Below the pieces are notes generated by a model. That model was not told the origin of the DNA, did not search any database, and saw nothing but the letters and a program-made list of their open reading frames with translations. The translations under genes were made by a program, and so were the position numbers. This document shows positions 25,001 through 38,778 of a stretch of DNA of 64,000 nt, in pieces (position 1 is the stretch's first letter; every line of letters starts with the position of its first letter). The DNA comes from Somniosus microcephalus (taxonomy: Eukaryota): assembly GCA_052327205.1 (NCBI GenBank), contig CM126215.1:86676001-86740000 (forward strand). The letters run 5' to 3'.

Positions 25001-28000
25001 GCTTTTATATCAGGTATTTGAATAAGGTTGCTATAAAGATCACACAAAGTTAACTATATAAACCTGTCTGGTATTCATAGCAATCATGGGAATAAATCTG
25101 ACATAGAATTTCATTTTCTTCCTCAGAATTCCTTCATTTATTAATTTATACTATACAACCTGATCCACACTTTTGTTCCAAGTGCTCTTCTTGTATAACT
25201 GAAATGGATGCATCAAGACTTTCTTTTTTATATCATTCTCCAAGACTATGTAGTTCTTTACAAAACTAGCCACTAAAATGAGAATCAATTCTACCTTCAT
25301 AACCCACTAGGGCTCGTCTGTTAGTAAAATTTTCATTTTTTGTCTACATGAATCTCAAGGTAACCAACCTTCTGTACTTTCAGTATCCACCAAATTGGTT
25401 TTCCTGCCTTTCCTTATCAATTCAAAGCGAGGACTTTAATACCATTAATGAAGCTGTGTGTATCTACCAATTAAAAGCTAACAAATTTATTTTGCTTTCT
25501 TTGAGACTTTCTAGGTGAAAACAGGAGGGGAAGAAGAGTAACAACAGGTTTAAAGGCACCACTTCTGACTGCATTCACCACAGAATCAGGTGTATAACTC
25601 TCGCCTATATATAAATCACTAGTTTATATGCGTATTATTATGCATATCAACAGTTGAAAAGTTGATTAATTATAAACTGCTACCCTATATAATTGAGGGG
25701 AGGGCTTAAATATAGGCATGAAATAGTGACATGGATCAGATCTTACTGCACAAGGAAACACAGAAAATGAGTAACTGGTTAACCCACAGTAATAGGAAAA
25801 CTGTAATTACAGAATTATTGTAGCGTTTCAGGCCTCAAGAGTCAAGCATTTTTAAACCACAATTTCACCATGCTTCTCTGTACTTATAGTTTATAAGTAA
25901 ATACAGGGGCATATCAAAGAAAGCATAATAAAGCTAAAATAGTCAGACATCACTTGCTTCCTTATATCCGAGTCGGCTGCAACGCTTTCATTGGGCACTT
26001 CGTACGAATACAGTATCGAGAGCCAGGCAACATTTTTAATACTGCACCAGGGATGAGCAAAAGTTTTGGAACATTTCAAATTTCTTTTTGAAAGGGGGTG
26101 GGGGGTGAAAGCCAGAAAAAGGAAAATTGCTGTACAGATTGTCTGGGAGCTATAGCAGGTGAATACTGAACTCCCAAAGGGGTAATTTCTGAATCCTTAT
26201 CTCAAAGTGATATTCAAACACACAAATGTCACAAGCAGAAAATATCACTAATGCACAGATTCAGTTAGGTGGAAGGGATAAAAAGTATGCTTTTACAAAA
26301 TTAAAAATTAATTTGTAGTAATAATGAATGGCTAAATAAATAGAAAACAGGTGAAGCATTTGGGAAACACAGGAATACTGAAATAATCATCCAGACACCA
26401 TGTGATCTTTTCTTGCAACTACAGAATGTAAACCAGCAGCAATGGTAGTTTTTGATTTAATTCCCCCCAAAAAAATAATTTGACCCAGCACTCGGATGCC
26501 AACAGTAACCAGACTACCAGAGCAGAGTGCTCGTCAGCAGTGTAAAACACTGGCAAGACTAATCCAGCCCAACAAAAAAAGTTTGTATCCCTCAATCCCC
26601 AAATTAAGGATGAATAAAAGGGAGAATAAAAAGAGAGATTAACTAAATATAGGAAAAATAGTAACGCTTTACTTGAAAGTGGAAATATTTTTACTGGTGA
26701 AAAAACTAGAGGACAAAAAGCTGCCTGTTGACAATAAACATTCCCAGACAGGGTTTGTGAACTCCAAACTTTTTGTTCATCCCCATATTACAGAATGTTA
26801 TGGCTAAGCGATTTGATAAGTATTACTTTAACATGGACAGGCTAAAATCATGGCAAAGATAACTGGCTATTTTAGGAAACAAAACTCATTCAGTTACCTT
26901 GTTTGGTGGGGCAAGTTAAATTACCAAATATCTTGACACAGCAATTTTAGTCTGGAGTATTGTAATACCCAACCTTGGTACCACCTTAAATTTCTAATAC
27001 AAATGCACATAGACTAGCATCAATACTAGACTATTGCTCTATGTAATGGCACTAGAATGGCATTAGATATACAAGGCTCACAAGTGTAGTTCTTCAGCGA
27101 CACCACTGCAACCCTCTCTTAGAATTTTAATTGCCCACAGTAATGTCCAGTTTTGCAATAACTTTGGATATTATTGATATTAAACCTACACTAAGGAAAA
27201 TATGCCAAACAGGCAGGCAAACCTTGGTAGCCATCTATTTTTGGAGGGTAGCACTTTAGCTGAATTCGTGATAATATTTAAGGGTGTGCAATATAATGCA
27301 TTTATTAATATTGTTTTCAGGCTGCTAAAATGTAAACTACAATACTTAAAATATAAATAGTTATATAAAATTTAAATAGTATTTTTTTAAAAAGCAAACC
27401 AGATTCAAAAGTCAGCCATTTCAAAATGTAATCAATTAGACATTTTTCACAGCTAGATGAGTTATATTGCATGAAACTTAAAAGGAAACTGACAAAGGCA
27501 GGAAAATACACAATTGACAATAGTTAATTTAACACATAAATCATGTAGCTAAAAACATATAATGATAGTAATCATAGCCCAAAATGTACATACAAGAGGT
27601 TAGATGGACAAAGTTGCCACCTAAGTCACTTGATAATAGTCAGTTATATGGACTTTCTCCAACTCATCCTCATGACACATAAAGAACATTATTGCACACC
27701 CCTAATATTTGCTAGAACTTTATCTTAGAAAAGTCAAATCATGCCACTGATGATTCCATAGCAACCTTTGAATCCAAATATCAGATTTAAAATTACTCCT
27801 GATCCATCTGTATGACACAATCTAGTTTGATACCTTGAAATTACTACCAAATTGCTGCAAATTCTCATTCCACCAACTGGATGCACAAATGAGAGCTAGG
27901 ATAGTCAAAGTGTTAAGCATCTGTTACTCTAAAGCACAAACCAAATGCCCGGAGACAACTGTAGCCACTTATCAACACAACTGTTCTTTGATCAGTCAAG

Positions 28001-31000
28001 CAGGTGCAAGGAGCAGGATATATTTTTGGTCTAGACTGAATTGTTTAGCATTGCTATCATCAACAATAACAATAATAATACAAAGTTAAAAACTTACTCA
28101 ACTATTAGTGTGACAGATACTACATTCAATTTACAACACAGATAAAACATGTTCACTTTTTCCTTTTTTTTTTAGAAAACACGTTTTCTATAGTGGAACC
28201 CTCTCCCAGCCCCTGACATTGTTGAACTAACCCCTTTCTAACAAAAGCCCAGTGGAAAATGAACGGTATGGTACTGCTTAAAAATGTAGAATACAAACTT
28301 TAACTAGTTTAAAAACAGTGAGATGAGGCATGCTAAAACTTAGGCCACATATTAATTGAGTTGCAAAAGAAGGCGTTTGCTTTGGCAAATAGAATCACAA
28401 AGTAATTGATTTCTTTCTTTAGTTATCAAGATCACCTTTTAAAGAGAAACTAAATCCAAAAACATTTTTTTTTTAAAAAGTACAGCCTATCACCCAAAAA
28501 TCAATATCTACATTCTAAATCTACAATCATATCCACCAGGAATAGTTTTTGCGTTTGCAAAGCAAGCCTGTAATTGCTAAGCGATGCTGAGGTATTTCTT
28601 TTTTCATGGAAAGATTGCAATGATGGAAAACTTTGCTCATGTTTTACTTATAGGGTGCGAGATGTCTCATTTCCCAATGAAAATGTTTGCACAAATAGCT
28701 TAAAGCCATCTTTTTTTTTTAATTTAAAGAAGTTAAGGTCATAATATAGTGGGTAATATTAGTAAAGTGTTATAATGGGATTTCCCCCACCCCCCAATTT
28801 AGTTCACCTAAAATGGGGCAAATGCATCATTATGTGATTTTATTTCTTGGTCTCCCTATTACTTACACAGGAACCACTCCATGCCATACAGCTTTCAGAA
28901 AGGACGATGACGAGGTGTAAGCTCATGACAGCTCCATAAACCTCTAAAGAAAGCACAATTGTAATGGGGCAAGTAGAATATCAGTTTCCTCCTTTCAGCC
29001 CAAAAATGGAGTACCCTGAAATGGTGCTTACCCTATCCTACCATGATAATCATATCAATGACAATCAGCAACTTATTACTCCAGCAGCAGGACTACACAC
29101 CATGTAAATACATTACTGCTGCTAGAGGACACAGATTGAAGATAACTGACGAAAGAAGCAGAGGAGAGATGAAGAGAATTTTTTTACACAGCGATTTACG
29201 ATCTGGAATGCAATGCCTGAAAAGGTGGTGGAAACAGATTCAATAGTAACTTTTAGAAGGGAATTTGATATATATGGAAAAATTTGCAGGGCTATGGGGA
29301 AATAACAGGGTAGTGGGACCAACTGGACAGCTCTTTCAAAGAGCCGGCACAGGCACGATGGGCCAAATAGAATCTTACAGCACAGAAAGAGGCTATGAAT
29401 TCCATGGAGAATTGTAGAAGGACAATTTCTACATTTTGTGCTCGGTAGACAACCTGATCAATCAACTGATTTTTATAATAAAACAAGTTATGTCTGTAGC
29501 AAGGGACGGATCTTATTCAAAGCTTTAATCAACTGGTTCAATAGTGCTGTCATATTTGAAGAAGCAAGATATTGCCACAAGTAGTGAATTGAATCCTCAA
29601 CAAAGAGTTGCGCTGTCAGTTTTACAATCAATTTAAATTTGATGTTTTGTTTCGGGGGGGGGGGGGGGGGGGGAGAAGAGAGGAGAAAAATGGAGATTAT
29701 ACACTGTACAGATAGATATTATAAATCTGTATCAATTAAGTTCTCATTTTGATTATTAAGAGTTAATGAACCATGAAATAAACTGTAACTACAATATAGG
29801 TGCCTGCAGGGTTATACATTCTCCACTTCAATGAAGTCAATTTTTAAAAACTGGATAAGGTATATCTCCTGGAGGACCACTATAACAGCTTTGACCTGGT
29901 TGATGGTGCCTGTCCTGATTGCTTGTGGCAAATTCTGTACTAAAAACTTTAACTCCGTCTCTGACACACATTGGTCATATACCCAAGTAAGAGTATATAC
30001 ATAGGGAGCAAAACATAAAATAAAAGTGTGCACTTCAGTTGTCAAACAATGCAAAAATGCTGATTTCATTCTAAAGATACGTCAGAACAAGGGCACATCA
30101 ATATTAAACTAAAATAAATGTTGGGAGTCTTTTAGAAAATGATTAGCGATTAGCTGATCAAGCTGTTAAAAATGTGATCGTGCTCTTGTATTAGAACTGG
30201 GCAAAAAATGTTCACCATGGAAGTAGGACTCAATCTAATGCTTAAACTGAGATGAGGTATACCCATGTATGCTTAATGTACATCTAAATTATTTGGCTTA
30301 ATCCAGTGTACATATACACACACCTTAAAATTTAGTTTTCAAGTCAAGCCTTTGAAGGCCAAAGTCAAAAGCTTGTTACTTAAAGGTTAGGAACAGCATA
30401 GACATGCATTACAAATATGCTAAATGTATGCACATATTGCATTAAATTTTTTGCAATTAAAATTCTGAGATTCAAGCATTTATGCAACATATAAAGCATG
30501 ACCAGAAATAAAATCATATAGTCCAGGGATATGGGAAAATAGATCAGATAAATATGAAGAGTCACATTTAGCCTGGTTTATTTTAGAAACCAACTTTTTT
30601 ATGCATAGTCAATGAAAATATACATATTGCGCCAACAGAGGGCCAAGTTTTAGACTGAAGTCAAGAACTGTATTAAAACTGCCTATAGGCTTTACAACCC
30701 ACAACAGTCTGAGGAGGAGGAATATTTGAGCCCATGTCTCAAAAGGCAACAACATTTGAATTTGGTAATGCTATTGAAATGCCTCCATTAGAACATTTTG
30801 CTACCTTGTTAAGGGATTTTACATATTTAGATTTGAAATTTAATCCTCTAACATTCAAAACTTTTTTAAAAAGATCTAAAAAAGCTTTTGCTGCAAAAAA
30901 ATTGTATGATGACTTAAAATACTAAGATTAAGCCAACATTTTGGAAATTTCTTTAAAACATAAGAGATTAGGAGAGTTTAGAAACATGGGTAAAGTATTC

Positions 31001-34000
31001 TTCATGGAGAAAATTGATGGTTAATTATCAGTAAGTGCACTTCCAGATTTCAACATTTCAAAAATGAATTTATGATTTAACGTCAATATTATCCCATCTT
31101 AATTAGCAACTTCCACTTTACAAGCTTTACATTAAACTGAAAAAAGTCAAATTCTATTCATGTGGATTGATTTTAAGCCATGGAAAGATGGCAAAATGGG
31201 ACAATAGCACAAATGGTAATTTTAATCAATTAAGAGCATGAATTGTAATCACAACAGCTCTGAATTACTTTCTGCTCCCAATTAAAATTACTCATTTTAA
31301 CTGTTAAACTCTATATTCCCTATATACCATTCAATTTCAAAAACTTGCTAACAACCCATCCTATAGACACACCTCAATGTCACATAAGCCATCAGTCTGG
31401 AATGTTGGTGCAAATGGTACTGCTCAGCTCCAACTTGTACAAGAGCAAACATAATCCCGAATGAAAATCATCGTTTTGATTGCTTCATCCTCAAACTACC
31501 ACATTCCACAAATTAAGCAGGATTCTCTTTGCAACAGATAGCAAAATATTAACCCATTAAGGAGTACAAAATTAGAGTTTTCTCCACCTTATTTCCAGTT
31601 GTCTTATTCAGAGACACAACGAAGATTTAAAACTAGCCCAGTTAGGTTCAAAACTTAAATACAAACGGAGGTCTGAGGTCAGCTGCAAAGTGTGATTGAA
31701 AAAATGTGTATGGAGAATTTCCTCAACTTTTGTTTCACTACCTCTGGCAACAACTAGCATTCAATTTTGTTTTGCACTTAAAACCAAAATAGCGATCTTA
31801 GATACACTTCTAAGTTTATTTTTCTTCTTGCTGCTTTTTAGAGTATTTGCTATTTATGGAGCAAATTACTTAAGTGGAAAAATCAGGTGCAACAAAGGTT
31901 TCTCAGAAACTGTAAAGCCTTCAGTCCTCCAAAGGGTTAACGATAAACTAATGAACCAGTTCTGTCCTTCAATTCAAATCTACTTAACATAAACAACATA
32001 CAATGAAAGCTGTCCCCAAAATACACTGGGCTGACTTCAGTTGTACCAACATGGGCTGAATATTGAAATTCACCTGGTCAATTTATTTTCTATATGTCAT
32101 ATACACCATTCCCTAAATGAACAGCTAGTTGGGCAATCTGTCTTGAGCCATACTACCTGGCAGGTCTGAAATGTGCGAGTAAGCACTGGTCAACTCTAGG
32201 AAAGCACCTCACCATTATTCGAACACCCAGCTAGCATTAGGTACTCATGGGGAAATCTTTCCACTGCATGGCACATTGAATTTGTGAAGCAACACAATTT
32301 AGCATTAAGCTCAGATTCAATTTATTACTGAAACTGATGTGACTGTAGACAGCTGGTCTTTAGATAGCTTTCATTGCATAGTTTGTACTTTTGATACACC
32401 ATTAATTCTTTCCATGCACAAGATACTATGCACCTTCTTGTATTTTGGGTGTCATTACAACATAGTGCAATGAGAGACAACTGTAATGAGGGAAGGTGTT
32501 TCATGAATCTGACTTGGGTGGGTGATGGAATCACAGAAAGATTTGGAGAAATTATAAATCTGCTCCAGGAGGGCTAAAGGATTTCAGTTTACAGTTGTAC
32601 ATGGGGTCCAAACATTTCCCACTGGTCCAAAGCCCAGAATCTACTATTAGGACAGTAACAATATTCCTTTAAAATTTGATTGACTATCCAGTGAAAATAG
32701 TACAAGAGTACATCAACTAGAAGGATCCAAGTACTGCAGCAATACAATCCTGAAAACACCAGTACAATTTGTCACAGGATCTATTCTGTACATTTAGACA
32801 CTCTTAGGACTTGTATACCTTGAAATAATGTTTTCAACCTCCGTAATATCACGAACACCAGTCTACATTTAGCCATCCAGTAAATTTGAATTGCCCAATG
32901 AAAACTGGTTGCACCAGACTCTTGACAAAATGGTTACTACTCTGCAACAATGTAAAGTCCATGTTTGAAGATTCCTTTACCTGAAAAACGACATTAAAAA
33001 GTAGAAAATAGTAACTGTTTACCTTTTATGAACAGTAGCAACTAAATTACTGATGCCTATTAACTGCACTCATGCAAACAATGTCATTGGTACAGCAGCT
33101 AGGTAAAACTGACTTTGGTTCAAGCTTTAATAGCTGTCCATATTTGGTAGGCAGCCATATTCATTGTTTGCAGTATGGTAGTGTAACCCTACCAATACTG
33201 CAATTTTTATGTCTTGAAAAGGAGATAAATATTGTTACTAACAGGGTTAAAAATGGTGGCTGTCATTTTTTTTTAAAGATTAAGAAACTGGTTTAGCTGC
33301 ATCCAGTTATTGTTACCAGCACAAAAACAGCACTAACCACGTAAATTCCAATGACAAAATTAGTTGAAGTACCTAATTGGTTTAAGTAAATGTACACACT
33401 ATCTCAGTGCAGCATTATGGGTGAACAACATAGTCAGCAACAGAGCACAGGGATGTCCAGATGAACACTCACTTGATTCAAGCATATTATTTATTGAAGA
33501 ATCAGTTATATGTTTATCAGGAAAAATTATGTGCTTCTAGACTGAAGAAAATTATACCCCACATTCATTTCCAGTGGGCAACTCGGCACAAAGTCCATAT
33601 GTAACGGGTAACCAAATGTGCTGTTGTTCATTAACCAATTGGACACAATGGGCAGCGTGGCCACAGTAATCATCTAGCTTGCAATGCAATCCCTGCCCCT
33701 CACTTCCACAAGCACACTGACAGAAAATGACAGGCACCATTTTTACTCCATGTGAACTGCAATGCTCTACTCCAGTCCTTTTAATTTTTGGTTTTAATAC
33801 GCTTACAGCAATGGTTCAAGCCATACTGTGCATACTGTAAGCCTCTTGTCTCACAACAACCCTATTTTCCATTAGATAAACAAACTCCAAACTGAGCCAA
33901 CATTAAATATGTTACCAAGCTCTACAGGAAACATACATTATCTAGTTTCTATAAATAAATCCGTTTCTGGAAACTAGGTAATGACTTTTCCCCATTGGAG

Positions 34001-34872
34001 ACCACTTTTCATGGTTAGCTTGGTTTGGATTGTAGTTTGCTCATCTCTACCATATTCCATGATGGTTCCAACTGGCTCCAGTATCTGAGCAAAGACAAAA
34101 GCTTCACAAGATACCCATGATCCACTGACTATAACGTCTCCTCCATTTCCAGTTGTTCAGCCAAGTGGATCAATATCTCTGATGGTATGACATTTGCTAA
34201 CATACCCAACCATTACATTTAGGTAGGACAGACATACTAAGCCATTTTAAAACCACCAGTTTGTGAACTTTTGTCTCAATGCATCTATCTTTGAATCTTT
34301 CCTACAAAAATAACCAACAGTAAACCACTTTATACAAATGGTGCATAAATCTACAGTGTACCCGACAAGAAACAACCTTTAAAGAAAGGAAACCATTTCA
34401 AGAGACATTAGCAAGAAGAAAAAAATAAAAACCCAATGTAATCTTAACGGTATACACAAGGAAAAAAAAGATGCACAAGCATCCCAAGTACAGGCCTGCC
34501 TAAACTGTACCAGTTAAAGAAACCCATGCTATTTATACATGATATAAACACCTTTATGAAACAAAAAGGCCTGTACAACAGACCTAATTAAAATAAACAC
34601 ACAATTAAAAAGAACTAATAAAATAGATACTAAGAGGAGACAGAACCCTTGCCTATGCATTGTTAATGACTCCTATATTGTTACGACCGTCTGAAACGAT
34701 AAATATTCACGTGTTTCCTTTTTGGTAAAAGTCTTTTTTTTGTCATTTGTGACACAATCCTGAAAAACAAGCACGTTAAAAAAATTAGGCAAACATCAGT
34801 TTTGCTTTTGCTGGAAGCAGCCACCTACACATCCCATTACTGGATTAAATGATCCACTCTAGGGATTACGTC
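22010..34872 (-). other. POU2F1: Probable long (about 13 kb) POU2F1 3'UTR
   Basis: AT-rich, almost TE-free sequence downstream of the stop; candidate ATTAAA (- strand, 22029-22034) followed by a U-rich downstream element; mammalian POU2F1 also has a 3'UTR over 10 kb. The end point is inferred. Confidence 0.55.
29120..29375 (+). mobile_element. CR1 3'-end fragment inside the putative POU2F1 3'UTR
   Basis: RGHRLKIT remnant plus a 3'UTR matching 13870-14100. Confidence 0.85.
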
Positions 34873-35171
34873 TCATTGGGCCTTGGTGGTGTTGGTGGCC
34901 CCGCCTGCTGAGGTCACAGTGAACGAAGAGTTCTGGCTGGAATCAGCTGACATAGAGGCCATCTGGAGACTGGCGGCATGTCCAGTTGCCCCGGCAGCGG
35001 ATATCAGGCTTACGGCTGGGTTGCTGGTGAGTAAGGAGAGGTTTTGTGGGTTCAAAAAAAGAGGGGCTGTAACGATGTTTGGAGTACCCCCTGGGTTCGC
35101 TGCATTGGCAAACAATAGATTTCCACTGGCATCAAGGGAGGTTATAGGAAGTGTTCCACCAGATGCAAGCG
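34873..35171 (-). CDS. POU2F1: POU2F1 (Oct-1) terminal coding exon: (A)[51 protein letters not shown]...TTKAQ*
   Basis: ttctcAG acceptor, phase 1; matches human [49 protein letters not shown]...SKAQ; TGA at 34875-34873. Confidence 0.97.
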
Positions 35172-36359
35172 CTGAGAATTAGAGAGAAAAGAACCCAGAT
35201 TAGAACAAAAAATTGCCTCGCAGAGTTATTAATATCATTTGTATATCGAAAAGGGAAATAGAATGGAAAATAGTACAGGTACTCCTAGTGCTTAGCAGAC
35301 ATACACATCAAGAATATTGCTAAAATTGTATAAGCAACATAAAAATGCATTATTAGATTGTTGTATGTGTTATGCGAATGTGATGAAATGAACATAAAAC
35401 TTTACGAATTTTAAGTTCTATTCATCCAAATTTTTCCAACTTCATCGAGCACAAAGAAAAAAGAGTAAATTCCAGAATCATAAAATACTGGTACTATCAA
35501 TGCAATTTTAGTATATGTCAGTTAATTTTATGCTTAAAAGGAGATATTCACTCAGGTACATATTAATTTCTCATATTCAAAGTTGGTTTAATTGACTGTT
35601 TAATGTGGGGCTATCACTTTTATGTGCAATTCTTGACCAGTACCAATCCATTACTGAAACAGTTACAAGTACTTTAATGAAAGCAATATAGGTTTTAAAA
35701 AATCCATTTGTGGTAACAAGTGCTGCAAGCTTCTGCTTAAAAAAAAGTAACTCTGTACCTACGCTGTGCGATAACACGTTCTACGCGTGTACCAATTTCT
35801 TTTGTCTGCTATTTTAGCCGAGGCTTAACCCAGGTTAAAATAGCAGGCAAAGGAATTTCATATGAACATGTTTAACTTTTGTACGCTCTTATTGTTTACA
35901 GTTTGATGTGCCTCATGCTGCTTAATTTTACAAATCAATACATGTTACTTTAATGTTCTGGTATCCTGAATCTCCTTCCAACAGATGATTTGTTTATATC
36001 CAATGTTTCTATATGAGAACTGCAGATGTTTACAGCATAATCTTTGTTTTATATATAAAAAAAGACAACTAAAGCCTTATTTGACATGGCAAACCCCAAA
36101 AAGATCTTTTTCTAACAGAGAAGAGCCTCTTACACGGACAAACAAGAGAAGATCATTAGACTACTCATGAATGATTTTCTTTTAAGGGCAATGCCTCAAG
36201 TAATTCTTCCTATGGGAAGATGGCTTACATGCTTGTGTGTGTGGAGGCTAAAGAAAAGCTGAACATACAATTTCAGGTGGTGTGGTTCAATAGAATGTTC
36301 AAACACTATTATGCAGCATCATAGGTTGGCAGGTTACAAAATGCACATCACAATACAAC

Positions 36360-37136
36360 AGGTAGGAGAATTGCTCCCTGAACACCCTGGGCAGATATGG
36401 CCTCCTGCTGAGAGCCCTTCTCCCACTCCTCCCTCTTCCAGCATCTTGTCCTGCTCTGCGTGCCCTATGCTCATTCTCCAAGTCACGTTGTATTCCAATG
36501 GGAAATCCTACTAGGGCAGCCTTGATCTCAGGAAAAAAGTCCTTCACCACCTGCCACACGACTCCCTGTAGACTGTTGAAACTTCAAACAACTATGGAAA
36601 GCACCAAACACTTGTAGAATTGTAGCAACAGCCAGAAGAAATCAACCAGAAACTAACCTGTAAGCAATGTTCCCTCTAAATTTAAGGGGCTGCGTGGGTC
36701 ACTCAAAATACCACGCATGCGCGGTTTTTGTATTGAAATGCCAGCAAGCTGGCTGTGCGGGTTCCCTGGAGCACTGCGCAGCTTACAGGGAACATTGCCT
36801 GTAGGTGGTTGATGATCCCTTTAAATACCACTGGTGGGGGGGTCCTTCCTGCTGCTAAATGTATGTTCAGTTGTGCGTGGTTAAGAGTTAGCTGGAGCAC
36901 TGAGCTCCAAAATGGCTGCGCTGGCGTGGCGTTAAATCAGCGTGCAACGTCATGATCTGCCTGCTCTGCACACTTCTGGTGGACTTTCACTGTGCACGTG
37001 CCAATACCCTCACCAATATGGCTTCTGGCGCAATTCACCCCACAAGTGTGCGTGTGCACTGCAGATGCCATTTCGGACCATTAAGGGAACTCGTAGCACC
37101 CAAATATTGGGTACTACGGATCCAAATTTTGCGTCC
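36360..37136 (-). mobile_element. PIF/Harbinger transposon remnant (left end plus transposase N-terminus)
   Basis: Reverse ORF contains RRALSRRPYLPRVFREQFSYL, resembling the N-terminus of HARBI1-like transposases; GC-rich terminal region. Confidence 0.55.
36665..36797. mobile_element. hAT-type MITE (133 bp) nested in the Harbinger remnant
   Basis: Terminal inverted repeats caatgttccctctaa / ttacagggaacattg; 8-bp TSD cctgtaag (36657-36664) / cctgtagg (36798-36805). Confidence 0.85.
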
Positions 37137-37252
37137 ATTGAGTATGTCATTCTTCAACTTGAAAAGCACTGATTTTACAATAGGGTAGCCCACATTCTAC
37201 AAAAAGATATTCTAGTCTGATACAGGGTATGGCGGATACCCAGGTTACTGAC

Positions 37253-37341
37253 CTTGAATAGTTGCCAGTGTGCTATTACTCATTAATGCTGGACCGAGAG
37301 CACCACCAAGACTCCCTGGATTCAGACTTAGTAAGGCACCT
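37253..37341 (-). CDS. POU2F1: POU2F1 penultimate exon: [29 protein letters not shown]
   Basis: tttttacAG acceptor, GTCAGT donor, 89 bp, phase 2/1; human [29 protein letters not shown]. Confidence 0.97.
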
Positions 37342-38647
37342 CTGTAAAAATGAAAAACAAGTTGATTTTGTGTTTACTTAGAGCATATATTTGACTAATA
37401 ACCAAGATAAAACTTGAGACTTTCAATATTTATTTATTTTAAAAGGCGCAGTGTGCCTTAAATAAACTTCTAAAACTTTATTGATTTAATGGACATTTAA
37501 AAGCTTTAAAAATTAGTAAGAAAGCTGCTACTTTTTGAACTGTGTTGTAATAATCCATACAGGTGTTAATTATTTTTAATTAAGTTACTTGGCCACCATT
37601 CTTGGCATATAAATTAATTTCTTCTCACTTCACAGAAAAAGTAAAATGGCTAGTGAAGCTCACATTCAGAGGATGCTTGGGGCCTATTGCTGTAGCTCAC
37701 TGGTGAAAACAGAAGCATCTCCCTTCTCTGACTGCAATGGGGGTAAAATCTGAGGACAACCTTAATGTCTAGAGCCATGCAAACCAGACCTAAGTTTTTA
37801 GTCAACGGCTTGTAGTTAATGCTGTAGAATCTGATCACTGCCCATAAACATTAACAGCATGATCTTGCTTCGGATTAAGTATTGGTGGAGGCTTCTTTAG
37901 TGGAAGATCAATTTCTAATACAAACACCTGTACCCGAGGTCCTGCTGCTATTTCATTGCAAGAAAGAAAGAACAAACTCATATTGCCTCAGGACATCCCA
38001 AAGCATTTCATAGCCTTTTGTAGTACTTTTGAAGTTGGGTCACTATTGTAATGTAGGGAGTTGGTAAAGATCTAAGGCATCAGTTGGATGAGGTTTGCAA
38101 GTTGCAGAAGATGGAGATGCTTTTTTCCCCAAATTGAATTCAGAACAAAGTGAAAGGACTGATTCTGGGACTTCGAGTTCTAAATTATGCAGAGGGACTA
38201 ATAAAACTTATTTTTGGAGAGATGACAAAGAGGAGCATGATCCAAGTTTTTAAAATGCTGAAAAGCATGGATAGTTAAAGTTGGTCAAATATGGTTTTAA
38301 CCCTAAAACTTAAACTTGCCACTCCAAATCTTAAAAAATTTGCCAATTTGGAGAGACATCAGATTCAATTTTACACACCCCTTCCTGCTGTAGTCGTAGT
38401 GCCACACACTACGCTAGATTCTTCCTTCTCCTCTCCAAATCATACAAGATAAATATATAGAACCAAAATAAAACCAGAGGAAAAAGATTTTGCTGAAATT
38501 CTTGTAATACTTGAAAAAAAATTACCTGGTAAATAAAACATTCATCCTCAAGAAATTTAAAAACACAAAACAAAAAAAAACTCAGAGGATAGACATTAGC
38601 ATCATACTTAGCTGGGCACAGAACTAAATAATCCTCAGATGAGAGAA

Positions 38648-38778
38648 AGGGGGAAAAATTGAGTTGCGCGCTAGCTTCGCCGAGTTTAGTGCCCCTGTGG
38701 CCAAAATTGAATGGTAGCGCCCCAAGAGGGAAGAGGAGCGCTACTGGAGGCGCAAAGCAACCAAATTTCCGCCCCCCC
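38648..38778. mobile_element. Short GC-rich MITE-like element
   Basis: CpG-rich 130 bp island with imperfect inverted ends (gggggaaaaattg ... caaatttccgccc). Confidence 0.5.

Noticed and set aside
24068-29673. Poly-G runs at about 24068-24083 and 29655-29673
   Set aside because: Simple homopolymers of uncertain assembled length; no evidence of function.
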